From positions 186,001 to 250,000 of the forward strand of contig OZ374558.1 in assembly GCA_977862235.1 (NCBI GenBank): 64,000 nt of DNA. The letters are read 5' to 3'. The notes beneath the pieces are model-generated. The model did not search any database and was not told where the DNA came from. It saw nothing but the letters and a program-made list of their open reading frames with translations. Of the stretch, positions 13,416 to 25,140 are shown in pieces. A program made the translations under genes and the position numbers. How positions within the stretch are numbered: position 1 is the stretch's first letter; each line of letters begins with the position of its first letter. The stretch is from Dudresnaya verticillata (lineage: Eukaryota).

Positions 13416-14324
13416 TGTGATGCAATCCGTCTTGGACGAGTAGCACCTCCGGGCAGTTAGGACCCGGGGGTAGCAAGCTGGTAGCGAGGGTGTGGTAGAG
13501 CGTAGATAACACTCCGAGGGCGGACTGTAAACGTCCTGGGCGGTAAGAATGGGACAAAGCCACAGAAAGGAAAGAGAAAGGGAAGGAGAGAGAGAGAAAG
13601 GGAGAAAGAGAGAAAGAAGCGTCAAGGACGGAGACGGAGGCGGAAGCGCGGGCAGAGCTGCGCAGTTGCCTTCGTTGGTAACGGGGAATACGCACTAGCG
13701 AAGGGGCTGCAGGTCCGAGGCCGGCTTGCCGGGATTTACTCAACGTCCCAGACGGGTTACCTAATATACTATCGCTATGACGCGGGCTGCGGCGGCGCGG
13801 CGTGGCGCGCGGGAACTTGGGACGCGTGTCGCGCCCCGGTGCGTCTGACAAGTCGTCGTCGCCATGCAGCAGAGCACCCGCGGGTAAGGAATAGCTTACA
13901 GGTGTGCGCGGGCGTAATGAACTAGCTTACAGGCGTGCGCGCGCATTGGTAGAGGTGATCCGGGTTCGGATCCCGATCCCTGCCAGCATTGCTGGCGCGT
14001 GGGCGTGCCTTACAGGCGCACACCTTACACTGTAGCGGATCCCGATTTGATCCCTATGTCCAATCCAGATCCCATCCGGATCTGGGCCATCATTACAGGT
14101 ACCCGCCTTACGCCTCCCGGATCCCGATGGGCGATCCGGATGCGTGCCGCGCAGGCATACAGTGTGTGAGCCGCCATGCCCGGCGGCGGTTGTGGCGTCC
14201 GTACGCCGTTGAGCAGGCCGTCCGTGACGTGTCCGCGCGCGCCAGCAGCGGTTGCGGTGCCCGTCGGTAGACGTCTTATGGCACGCTCTGAGCGGAAAAA
14301 GGGGCTCACCCCCTTTGCGCCACC
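13416..14324 (-). repeat. 5' LTR of element B (~909 bp)
   Basis: The end is fixed by CA followed by the PBS. The start is inferred from the imperfect inverted terminus (G)GTGGCGCAA versus TGTGATGCAA, which abuts the RNase H sequence of element D. It contains repeated CTGTAAG motifs, as the element C LTR does. Confidence 0.7.
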
Positions 14325-15707
14325 CAACCTTTAAAGTGACTACAGATCATGAGGCACTGAAATGGCTCATGTCGCTCAAGGATCCTCGGGGGCGACTCGC
14401 GCGGTGGATGGCATAAGTACAAGACTTCGACTTCGAGGTTGAGTACGCGCCTGGGGAAGTAATGAGCGTTCCCAGCACACCAAGCAGGGACTCTTTTAGT
14501 ATTCCTAAGTGCCCTAAGTGCAACGAAGAAGTAAGATTTGTCACAGAGAATGATAGGTCGCTTCCAGGAGTTTCGGAAAATTGGACGGCACAGTTGCAGG
14601 AGTAAAGGGAGCTTGGGGGCTACAAAGAAGGGAATGAGGAGTTTATTTTAGATGAAGACGGGCTTCTGTGCAGGGTCAACGGGGAAACAATGGGCATTGT
14701 TGTGCCACGCCGACTGGTATATAAAGTGATCGCGCATGCACATGGGTCTAAGCTAAACGGTCATCGTGGAGTATGGAGCACTCTGAAATGGATTCAAAGA
14801 AGGTTTTGGTGGAGAGGAAATGCAAAGGGATGTCTCGTATCGCGTTCGCAAGTGCCTTTATTGCACCTTGCATCGTCTTACAAGGCCCGGAATACAGGGA
14901 AAGATTCTCACATGGCACCCCTTGCGAAGATTCCAAGTGGTGTCGATTGAAATTCTAGAGGTGTCGACCAAATCAGGAGATCATGGCGGAAAGGTAGCGG
15001 CCATGGGCGATTTGTTCACAAGGTATGTGTGGGCATGCCTGGTCAAAGACGAGACCGCAGAGTTTCTGGCAAGAATCATTCTAGATGAGTGGATCCTCAG
15101 ATTTGGTCCACCGGAGAAGCTGCTAAGTGACCGCGGAAAGGCCTTTACGAGCAAGTTAATAGCGGAATTATGTTCTGTGGTAGGCACCAAGAAGATATTC
15201 ACCAGTCCGTATCATCCTCAGACGGACGGATTCGTGGAGCGTTTTAACAGGACGTTGATGAAAGACATCAAGAATTTTGTCTCAGCGGATGAAAAGGACT
15301 GGAGTGAGCACATAGCAATGGCCTGCTTTCGGTACAATTGCACTACAAACTCTGCAACTGGCATAACCCCATACAAGGCTGTTTTAGGGGTAGATGCTTT
15401 CGATTTCGATGCAGAAGTAGGTCGAAAGATGGCTTTGGATCAAGAGCCACAGAGTAACTCAGAGCTTGCGGGAGAATTGCGTAGACAGCACTGGCAGCAC
15501 GTACAAAAGGGGATTGGCGTACGAATGGCTGCAGCTAAGCAGTAAAACAAACTCGTACAGGCGGTTAGCTACAACCCTGGAGAACGTCTGCTCGTCTACA
15601 ACCCAAGAAATATTATGGACAAATGAAGAAAGCTTTCTACGGCCTGGTTAGGACCGTACATAATTGGGGAGGCTCTCAGGAAAATATCTTATATCGTGCG
15701 TGCAGAA

Positions 15708-16434
15708 TGTGGTATAACGGGCGTTGACGCCCTGTAAGGAGCCACGTGGACACGAGTCCTCTGTAAGGAATGACAGGTGCACAACTGCCCGGGTGACATG
15801 GCTGGTGCTCCGATTGATTTCATTGCTGGAACGCTCCTGCGCTGTAAGGCAACACGTGTACAGAGTTGATCTGTAAGGCACACTGCTCCAGATGATATGG
15901 CACTGTGCCATTTGGGGATTAACTATGGCCGCACCATCGCGCCATGCATGGCTGGCGGATGTTTGCCTCGCGGCGCCTGACAGTGGCGCCACGCTCGCCT
16001 TGTGGCCTGACCACTCATTCCTGCCTAAGGACATATCCTACCTGTATTGTACAGTATTAGCTAAGTATTAGCCATAGAGCTCTAACTGAGCGAGGAGCAC
16101 CTTTTCGGCTCTCGCCGTATTTACGGGGCCCCTGAGTAGCAGGGGCCCGGCACTAAACCGGCAGCGGTCTGTGCCTTGGGTTTTCCCCTTCTTGGACGCT
16201 TACGGTGCTACCGCTACAACTTCCCTTTGGGCGTCTACAAGCCCTGTCGTCTACGACGAATTGCTCTATTCAGCAGGGTTCGCCTTTCCCTTTTTCCTTT
16301 GTTAGGGCTTTAAGCCCTTTCAAGTCTCTACCACCCCTTTACCGAGCTACCAACCACGCGAGTGGGATCGCTCTTTGAGGACAGCTGTCGTGCCGTGTCG
16401 CCGTCTCTGTTGGCTTCAAAGCCATTCTACTACA
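15708..16434 (+). repeat. 5' LTR of element C (727 bp)
   Basis: TGTGGTATAAC...CTACTACA, a direct repeat of 28303-29030. Confidence 0.97.
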
Positions 16435-16435
16435 G

Positions 16436-16453
16436 TGGTCTCCCGACCTAGAA
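16436..16453 (+). promoter_or_regulatory. Primer binding site of element C (TGGTCTCCCGACCTAGAA)
   Basis: It lies 1 nt after the 5' LTR. Its complement fits tRNA positions 59-76, including C61 and CCA. Confidence 0.9.
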
Positions 16454-17085
16454 CAAGTTCTCAGGGTCGGACCCTTTTTCTACCTTACCCTCGACGGGTC
16501 GATTCAAGATATTCAAGACAGGACGTTGTTCGTTGAAGTTTCAAGAATCTTCCTTCGAAGGGTAAAACCCTAGTCGTCTACTTGTCGACGGTTTCTACGC
16601 TTTACACTAAGCTCCGGAGTTACGTCAAATCTTGTGAGCAAGCAAACTACATTTTACGGTTTTTAAACCATCCCTAGAAGTTCCCCTCGACGGCGGATTG
16701 ACGCCCGGGTCGAGCCTACTTCGACAGGTTTTCCGTGCAACCTGAGAAAACACGTGTAACCCTACGGTGCTGAACCGCCGAGAGGCCTGGGAAGAAGTCC
16801 CCGCTACCTCGCCGACTGAGCCGAAAATTGTATTGGCAATATGCCAACCTCTAATGGCGAGACTACCCGACCCGGATTATCGAGCCGGGGAGCAAGCCGA
16901 ACAGGCAGTCTTGCCTCCGTGAGAACGAATGGGCCCCGCACCCGCGCAGCCTCAACCGCTCTCGCAGTAAACCCGTAGCGGGTAAGCCGGGACACCCTCC
17001 TCGATTAACGGGCGCCCCGACTGGAGAAGAAACACCTGGACCAGGTAGGGACCAGGTCCCGGAAGGAGAATATACGGTTCGAGCC

Positions 17086-19551
17086 GTGGAAGAAGTCCCC
17101 GCCAACATCGGGGAGAATGAGGATTCGAACCCTGGAATGATGCCGCCGCCTCTGGCTTTAGCCAGCCAGCAAGCCATAGGAGGACGAGCCCAAGATGAAG
17201 ATACCACGGCCGCCCCGGACGCAGGGCTGCCGTCAAGAACGAAGTACAATTCGTCGGACGTCCGCTGCTTTACAGAGCGCGAAATAGGACAAATGGTCGA
17301 GTTAGGAATCGAGCGTTCCTTGATGACAAGTGTCGTGGCACTCCTGGAAAGTCAAGCTGACGGCACCTTCTTAAAGGTCAAGAGATATATCGACGAGGCG
17401 TCGGCGCGCCGTGACGACCGCCTTTTGGCTAAGTGCCAACAGGAGATGGAATCTCGATTCCGGCAAGGTCCTCTTAGAGGATTAGAAGAAGAGAGGGTCG
17501 AAACCCTGCAAGCGCAAATGGACTCACTAGGTGACCAATTGGACGCCGTCCATGGAAACCTCCATACGCTTACGAAGGCCACCGACCTAACTCGAGAAGA
17601 AGCCGTAATGGCTATAGAAGACGTTCGTAGAAACGTAGACGACACAAGGTGTGTCGAACAAGACAGGGCGATCGGGCTCTTAAGACAAGAGCTTGATGCA
17701 GAAAAGCAGAATGTTTCATTGCTGGAAGCAAGGATGCGACGACTCAGTCGCGAGAGGGATTTAATCCCTGAGGTCGAGCGGCGATGCTCCCCCGTGCCCC
17801 GCGGCACGAGGGACCGTCGCAGGACGTCTCCAAGACGTGACTCGGAGGGGGAGTCTGGACAGGACGACCTTAGTCGTAGGAAGTCCACACACCCCCGGTG
17901 TGATTGCCGATCATCGCACGGTCCCACTGTATGTCGAAATACACGGGACGCCCGTCAGGACCGGCTTTCAAGCCGTAATGATGAGGGGCAGCGTCGAAAC
18001 GCCTCATACCCAGCGCCGACGCAATCGGACGAGGACGAGCCAACGTCACGAGGTCTTTCAAGGCCCTCTTGGAGCTCCTGGCGAGGACCGCATCGAGCGG
18101 GAATCAAGGAGTTAACTCCACGAAACCCGGCGTTCATACAGGTACTTTCGTATCGGAGATACCGATTATTGAATGTCGATTCATATCGTGGGCCCGAGGT
18201 AACGGAAGCCATCTCGAAAAAGATCAAGCGGATTAAATCCGTAATGAGGAGTCGGAGATTCGATGGGCGAGATCCAGTTTCCATCATAGGCTTTCTAGCC
18301 ACCTTGAAGAGACAGTTGGACCAAGCCCAAGTGAGCGAAGGAACGGCCATCCTGGTCATACCTGAATTCCTTGAAAAGGACGCGAAGGACATGTTCGAAG
18401 CAAATTTCGACGCGGCCGGAGACGACAATGGCGGATTCAATGAGTGGCCCGAGGCCATAAATTACCTCTTGCGGACTTACGCCAAAGACGTTTACATTGA
18501 ACAGATTTCTTCTGAAATGGATACGATGACCCAAGGGTCAGAGGAAGACGAAGTCTCTTTTTCAAGACGTCTACAGAATAAGGCGCGAAAGGTTGCGGGA
18601 GTCTACTCGGAACAAGACTTGATAACGCGTTTAATACGCGGGCTACTACCAGCGGTGAAATCGCTTCTAAGTACGTCCTCTCTGGACCCGCGCTCCGCGC
18701 GACTAGCCGACTACGCCGAGTTAGCGACAGCTCAGGGAGATTCGCACCGCGCCCTTGCGGGTGGTGCTCGTCTCAAGAAGGCGAGCTCCTCGTTACCTCG
18801 CAAAACCCTGGCACGGGTCAAGACACACAAGTCTGGAAGAGCGCTCCTCATTCGGCAAAATAGGACTCAACAGTCCTCAGACACCGATTCCTCGAAGAGC
18901 AGCAGCTCTGGGGCCGACAGTGAGGACGCAGTCGTTGCAGCCATTGATCACGAAGCGCCTCCGTCCAGCGTAATCCAATCAGACTCATGGTCTGCGGCGT
19001 TGAGTGACCATCCATACCATGGCGATGTGGACGCAGTCCTTCAGAACTACAACCACAGGATGCCTGCGTGGGCTCAGCCCACAAGGACACAACGTCCCGG
19101 TTGGGTGGCTGTCGAAGACAGGCCAAATGACATATGCTTCGAGTGTCTGGGCGTGGGCCATAAAAAGCCGAATTGCCCATATCTGGCTCGTACGGATGAA
19201 CCGTCATTTGAGGTACTAAAACGCCAGCCGTTTTATAAACTGTCTCGCGAACAGAAGGCATGGTTAGCCACCATAGGGCGACTGCCTGATTTCGCCCCGG
19301 AGAATACCCGTAGGGAACAACCCGACTATGCGTCGCCAGGACGTGGAGCAGGGCCATCGAGGGGGCCTCCTCAAAATTTGGGGTCTGCCCCAAGCCGGAA
19401 TGGCCATGTCCAATTTCAAGGGGGATTGAATCATCCAGTGGACACTCCGAAACATACACCGACGGCGCCACGGTCACCCAGACCTGGCTCCCGAAGCCTT
19501 CCGCCGCCTCCACCACTCCCGCAGTCGCCTGCTAGTAGGCCGAAAAACTAG
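17086..19551 (+). CDS. gag: gag of element C (start codon uncertain)
   Basis: An 821-codon uninterrupted ORF with a coiled-coil region, capsid-like FDGRDPVSIIGFL and CCHC knuckle CFECLGVGHKKPNC. Confidence 0.9.
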   Translation: MEEVPANIGENEDSNPGMMPPPLALASQQAIGGRAQDEDTTAAPDAGLPSRTKYNSSDVRCFTEREIGQMVELGIERSLMTSVVALLESQADGTFLKVKRYIDEASARRDDRLLAKCQQEMESRFRQGPLRGLEEERVETLQAQMDSLGDQLDAVHGNLHTLTKATDLTREEAVMAIEDVRRNVDDTRCVEQDRAIGLLRQELDAEKQNVSLLEARMRRLSRERDLIPEVERRCSPVPRGTRDRRRTSPRRDSEGESGQDDLSRRKSTHPRCDCRSSHGPTVCRNTRDARQDRLSSRNDEGQRRNASYPAPTQSDEDEPTSRGLSRPSWSSWRGPHRAGIKELTPRNPAFIQVLSYRRYRLLNVDSYRGPEVTEAISKKIKRIKSVMRSRRFDGRDPVSIIGFLATLKRQLDQAQVSEGTAILVIPEFLEKDAKDMFEANFDAAGDDNGGFNEWPEAINYLLRTYAKDVYIEQISSEMDTMTQGSEEDEVSFSRRLQNKARKVAGVYSEQDLITRLIRGLLPAVKSLLSTSSLDPRSARLADYAELATAQGDSHRALAGGARLKKASSSLPRKTLARVKTHKSGRALLIRQNRTQQSSDTDSSKSSSSGADSEDAVVAAIDHEAPPSSVIQSDSWSAALSDHPYHGDVDAVLQNYNHRMPAWAQPTRTQRPGWVAVEDRPNDICFECLGVGHKKPNCPYLARTDEPSFEVLKRQPFYKLSREQKAWLATIGRLPDFAPENTRREQPDYASPGRGAGPSRGPPQNLGSAPSRNGHVQFQGGLNHPVDTPKHTPTAPRSPRPGSRSLPPPPPLPQSPASRPKN

Positions 19552-22500
19552 CAAGGGGGGAACCGGTTTCGGTCCACTGGGCGACTCCAGTCGTATCGGA
19601 ACCCCCCGATCGCTCCGAGGAATGTCATTTCCTATGTCCTCCCTCACCCGAACGATCGGCCTCGCGGGAACTCCCGCTTCCTCTTCCAAAGAAGGTTTTA
19701 GCACGCCCCGTGGGCTTACCCCCCAGGTGCAAGTATGATGAGTACATGAAGGACCCAGTGTGCGCGCTATCGAGATACAACTATAAAGTTGTCGCGTCCG
19801 TTGGGACCTCTGTTGAAAACATGACTCAAGTACTTTCCGTTCTGGACACGGGCGCAGGCCCCAATCTCATCAGAGCTGACGCGCTCTCTTTGGACGACCG
19901 GAAGAAGGTTTCCTCGACCCAGTCGATCGTCAACCTTACCTCGGCATCAAGCCACCGCTTACCAACATTAGGAATGATCTCCCTTGTCGTCAAGATTGGA
20001 ATCTACACGGTCCGTCAACCCTTCGTCGTGGTTTCGCCGCTAGCCGTCGATATGATACTAGGATGCACCTATATCGATAGCCACGTCGAACAACTTCGAG
20101 TGCGTAAGCAACACGTAGTCTTACGTGACGGTCCGGTACATCCCATTCTACGACGAAGATGCGGAATCCCGAGAGCCACAAGCTCTGGTGAGCCCATGGA
20201 GGTTCCTCCACTAACTAAGTCGCGCCTCGTGCGCGTCGCTCACAAAACTAACTTACAGCCCGGTTCTGAAACCTGGGTCGCGGTTTCCTGCCCCGCCACA
20301 GGAACCCACTTCTTGGATTCCTTCCAACGCCTCTACGACCGGCAGCACGTGGTCGTCGCGAATGGAATCGTCAAGATACAAGAGAACGTTCTCTTCCGTG
20401 TTAAGATCGCTAACTTCTCTCCCCGAGTGCAACGGTTAACCAAGAACCAAGTTATTGGTCGCGCCGTTCCCGCTCCGACGGCCACGCCGGTTTATACTCT
20501 TTCCATCGACGATGTCCCCGAAAATACGGACCCGAAGCCACAGGACTCGAGTCCTCCTGCCGATACATCGTCCGATGTAGGGGGGCAGGGATAGCTACTG
20601 CTCTTGGCGCGGCCAACTTCAAATTAGGCGTCAAAACCGCCACTGAGAAGCTCACAGTCGACGACTTGAAATTAGAACACCTGTCCCCGTCTAACAGACG
20701 ACGCGTTCGCAAAATGCTGCGTCCGTTCGCCGACATGTGGAACGGGAAATTAGGAACCATCAAGGTCACGGAGCATCGTATTGAGCTCACAGAAGGTTCC
20801 AAACCTGTATTCGCACAACCCTATCGTTCAGGGCCGAAAGCGCGACAAGCGGAGCAGGACGAGGTCGACAAGATGCTCAAGGAAGGAGTCATAGAGCCAG
20901 CACGCTCTGAATTCGCAAGTCCAGTGGTACTGGTTAAGAAGCCTGACGGATCCCTCCGGTTCTGTGTCGATTACAGGAAACTGAACGCGATTACCAGCAA
21001 GGATTCTTATCCTCTACCGCGCATGAATGAGTGCTTGGACTCGTTGGGCGACGCCCAGTATTTCACCACCCTCGATTGCAATTCGGGCTACTAGCAAATA
21101 CCGGTTGCGGCTGAAGATAAGCCCAAGACAGCGTTCACCTGTCATGCTGGTTGCTTTCAGTTCTTCCGAATGCCATTCGGACTGTGCAACGCACCTGCGA
21201 CGTTTCAACGAACGGTTGATATCCTATTATCGGGATACAGATGGAGATCCTGCCTCGTCTATTTGGATGACATCATAGTCTTTTCCAAGAGTGTCGACGA
21301 ACACATAGGCCACGTTCAAGAGATACTCTCCGTATTGAAGCAAGCAGGCGTATCGCTCAAGCTCAAGAAATGTAATTTCTTCACAAAGAGTGTGGACTAC
21401 CTCGGACATGTGATCCGACCAGGGCTGCTAGAGGTGGCTACCAAAAGCACCCAAGCTATCGAAGGTTTCAAGGAGCCTACGACTCAGACACAACTAAGGT
21501 CGTTTATTGGATTGTGTAACGTCTATAGACGCTTCGTACCGAATTTTGCTAGGGTCGCGTCTCCGCTTAATAGGCTTCTACAGAAGGATGTCGGGTTCAA
21601 CTTACCCCCGTTTGATGAGCGGCAACGCGAAGCCTTCGCCCTGTTGAAGAAGGCACTCATAGCGCCACCGATCCTCCGGCTTCCTAAGGAAGATAGACCT
21701 CTCTCGGTAGATACCGACGCGTGTGATTATCAGATAGGGTGTGCCCTTATGCAGATGGAGCCAGATGGCACCCGCCACCCGATCGGCTTCTGGAGCCGCG
21801 GCCTTTCCCAGGCTGAGCGGAATTATTCCGTTGGAAAAAGGAGTGTCTCGCTGTCGTCTGGGCCACACAAATGCTCAGACCGTATTTGGAAAGGTCGCAT
21901 TTTGACCTCTATACCGACCACCAAGCGCTCAAGTGGATGATGAGTATGACCGACGCATCAGGTCGTCTAGCGCGCTGGCGCTTGCGACTCTTGGAGTACG
22001 ACTTCACGGTTCAATACCGTAAGGGAAATAAGAACCAGATAGCAGACGCCGTCTCGCGACTACCCACTTGTGGATTCACCAGTTGGGAACCGGACCTAGA
22101 GATCCCTTGCTTCATTATCGCCGACAGCGAGCGCGAGGGATTTCCCGATCGTCCTTCCGAAGGAAATGCTAGGGCCGACACCGAGCCGCGACTTTTGAAG
22201 GTTTGGGAAGTCGAACCCGAGGACCACTTAGCCGAGTTTGAATTCGAGGATGAGCAGTTGATAGCCACGGTGGCTGAAAAGGAAGTGGACGAGAAGAGTC
22301 TATCTCTGATTATGGTGGAAGAACTACTTCGCACGCAATTGACAGATCCCTTCTGCAAGGGTCTTAAGCTGGCCATTGAGACTGGAAAGCCAGGCTGTTA
22401 CCTCGAAGACGAAAGTAGACTTTTAGTCCGGCGGTCTTATATTGACAAAACTTTGCAGGTAGTGATACCTCTGGTCCTTCAAGAACGGGTTCTACATCTG

Positions 22501-24125
22501 GCGCACTATCCAGAGATGGCAGGCCATCCCGGTGGTACCAGAATGTATCATAAATTGCACCGACAAGTCTATTGGCCTGGAATGGCTCTCGCAGTATACT
22601 CGACCGTTCGAAATTGTGTCAAATGCGCTCGGGAACGAGTCCAACTACGGCAACATGCTTCGCAGATGAAGCTGTTCCCGGCTACGATGCCGTTAGAATT
22701 CGTGGGGATTGACATCCTAGGGCCGCACCCCGATCGAGCAAGGGTAACGAGTACGTTCTCGTAATAACCGATCGCTTCTCAAAGCTCACCAGGGCTGTCC
22801 CATTGAAAACGGTAACGGCTTACACCGTGGCAAGAGCGTTCTGCGAACATTGGGTATACACTTACTTGCCTCCCCGCTATGTTCTGTCGGACAACGGTCC
22901 GCAGTTCGCATCGAAGTTTTTCATAGCCGTCTGTGGCATACTTCGGATCAGGAATCTGTTCACGTCTACTTACCATCCACAGATGAATGGACAAACCGAG
23001 AGGTTTAATAGAACCTTGTTGGCTGGACTGAGACACTTCATCTCCGATGACCAGAAGGATTGGGATGAATTCACGTCGGCTTTGACGTACGCGTATAACA
23101 AGACCGTTCACAGCGGGACAGGTCTCGCGCCCGTCGATTTGGTTTTATCTAACCCTCCCACGTCCATTCTAATGGAAAGAGCCGAGACAGTAGACGTTGA
23201 AAACGTTCCAGCAACTAAAGTGAAGAAACGGGTGACTACCCGGCTCGAGAAGCTGATGGATACAGCGTTATCACGCCTGCGGATGGCCCAGCGACGATAT
23301 GAAGTTAACTTCAACAATCGTATGCGGCTGACTAACCAAAACGTACGCCCAGGCCAATGGGTATTCCTCGAAAGAGAAACGAAGGTGAAAGACGCCAAAG
23401 GCGTGGCTCGAGAAGGGAAATTGTTTTCAAAAGCGCTAGGCCCCTTTAAGGTACTCGAACGAGGAACACACACAGTCGTGTTTCAAAAAGCTGGCGAAAA
23501 AGAGTTAGTCTCTCTGGATCGTGTAACATTGGCCCCATCGCCAAACGATTAGTTCGGCGCTATTGGGCAAGTGCCCCCTATCGTGGAATCTGGGCCTGAC
23601 GACGCGGAACCAGCAGACCCAACTTCGAGGGCAACGCCCCCGAATACCAGTGATGTCGAAAGGGCACCAGCTCAACCCGGCAGTGAGCTATTGGAAACGG
23701 TCGTCGAGGCCGCAGATGCGCCGACTGTCTCGCCCCCACGGCGAGAAAACGATAATATCGATAACGGCCCTGGCCCGGTTTCCATAACCGCACCCGCTCG
23801 TGAGGTTCTCATACCGCCTGAATTAGGCGATCGCGCGGCAATGGTATCCAGGGATACTATTTCTCCTCGGACTGTTGCCGGGTCAACTGCTATAGAAGCC
23901 GAAGAGACGGCTCCCCGCCGTAAATTCTCCCGCTTCAAGAAAGCTCCACCTCGGGAGTTTGTTTATGACAACTTGGTCGGATAAGACGCAGAGTCGGAAA
24001 TGTAAAAAGTACGTTGGTACCAGTGCCCTGCCTCGCAGGATACGTGGGAACCACGACGGCATCTCCCGGAGAACTTGGTTAAGCGGTATCACCGTAAGAA
24101 GGGAATCCCCCTTCCCGCCTAACTA
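19539..24125 (+). pseudogene. pol: pol of element C (protease-RT-RNase H-integrase-chromodomain) with stops and frameshifts
   Basis: Motifs are LDTGAG, FASPVVLVKKPDGSLRFCVDY, YLDD, DTDACDYQIGC, HPGG...CVKC, SDNGPQF and GPF. The chromodomain reads EFVYDNLVG*...KVRWYQCPASQDTWEP. Stops fall at 21092, 23550, 23982 and about 24003; frameshifts fall near 20590, 21835 and 22725. Confidence 0.95.
19542..19608 (+). promoter_or_regulatory. Putative -1 ribosomal frameshift signal (G AAA AAC + stop + stem-loop)
   Basis: The -1 frame opens at 19539, after TAG TAG, and runs without a stop into the protease. A downstream GGGGGGAACCG...CGGAACCCCCC stem encloses two small hairpins. Confidence 0.7.
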
Positions 24126-24287
24126 CTGGGATACCAGTCTGTATATCAGACTGTGGCCAGAAGGAAACCCTGTTTCATAATGCCAAGGGCGTATGTTATC
24201 CCCCTCCCTCTGGATAAGAGAGGCGAGTGGTAGTGTAACACAAGACCGATTTCTTAGAGAAAGTTGCGCAAATGCGATGTATAATAG

Positions 24288-24434
24288 GGAAGGTTCAAGA
24301 CCTTGGATAGAGCAAATGCGATGTATCATATGGAAGGTTCAAGACCTTGGATAGATGAAATGGATAGAAAATATGGAAGGTTCAAGACCTTGGATAGATG
24401 AAATGGATAGAAGATATGGAAGGTTCAAGACCTG
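24288..24434. repeat. 43-44-bp tandem repeat x4 with core GGAAGGTTCAAGACCTTGG
   Basis: Cores start at 24288, 24332, 24375 and 24418. Each has an AAGGT/ACCTT inverted stem, degenerate in the last copy. Confidence 0.9.
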
Positions 24435-25140
24435 GGCTAAAGTGTAGGAAATGGTGGAAACCGTAGGGCACGAGCTCTGGGATGTTGCAACGGGACGTGT
24501 CACAAACGCGGAAGAAGCGACCCCAGGCATAGAGCCTCTCAGACAACCTCCTGGCTCATAAGCCATGAATCCCTCTATCACCCAAGACGTCAAGGTCTTT
24601 TTGGAGGTCCCATGACCTATGAGTCACCCGGCGCCGCTCGCCCCCGCGCTCAAAATGGAAGAAAGAAGGGAGCACGACTACCCCTCTCCCTAGAAAGAGG
24701 GGTCTCACCCTGAGTAGGCTCCGACTGACCAGCACGGCAGGCGTTGGCGCCAAATAGAGTTCAACTCTACAGTGTGAATCACCCCTACTGTAGAGTGGCT
24801 CCTTCTGAGATGGCCGCCCCTCATTGGCCATTCCCCAGGGAAGAGGCGGATTGCACGACGAATCAAAATTCGTGGAAGAAATATCCGCGGCACGGAGCCC
24901 CTACAGTGGCACCGAGCTACAGTGGCTCCTCCAAGGAGTACGAACACGCACTTGCGTCATGGTGCCGAGCGTATAGAAAGCTCAATGGGCTAAGCTACTA
25001 ACAGGTCGGCTCCAAGCCGAAGGCGATTCAACAAGAAGAATTACTTTACGTTAGCGGATAAGCCGCTCTTGCCCAAGTAAGGCGGATTACGGGACGGGCG
25101 CCTAAGGCGCATAAGGGAGCAAGGTGATTGAGCAAACCAC

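Larger units (their letters stand above)
2590..14324 (-). mobile_element. Decayed gypsy chromovirus (element B); 3' LTR lost
   Basis: The order on the minus strand is LTR, PBS, gag, protease, RT, RH, IN, chromodomain, spacer, antisense ORF. It ends abruptly against element A at about 2590. Confidence 0.9.

Noticed and set aside
24288..24434. CRISPR-like array (palindromic ~23-nt repeats with ~20-nt spacers)
   Set aside because: The spacers are near-copies of each other, there are no cas genes, and the array lies inside a eukaryotic retrotransposon. It is a minisatellite.
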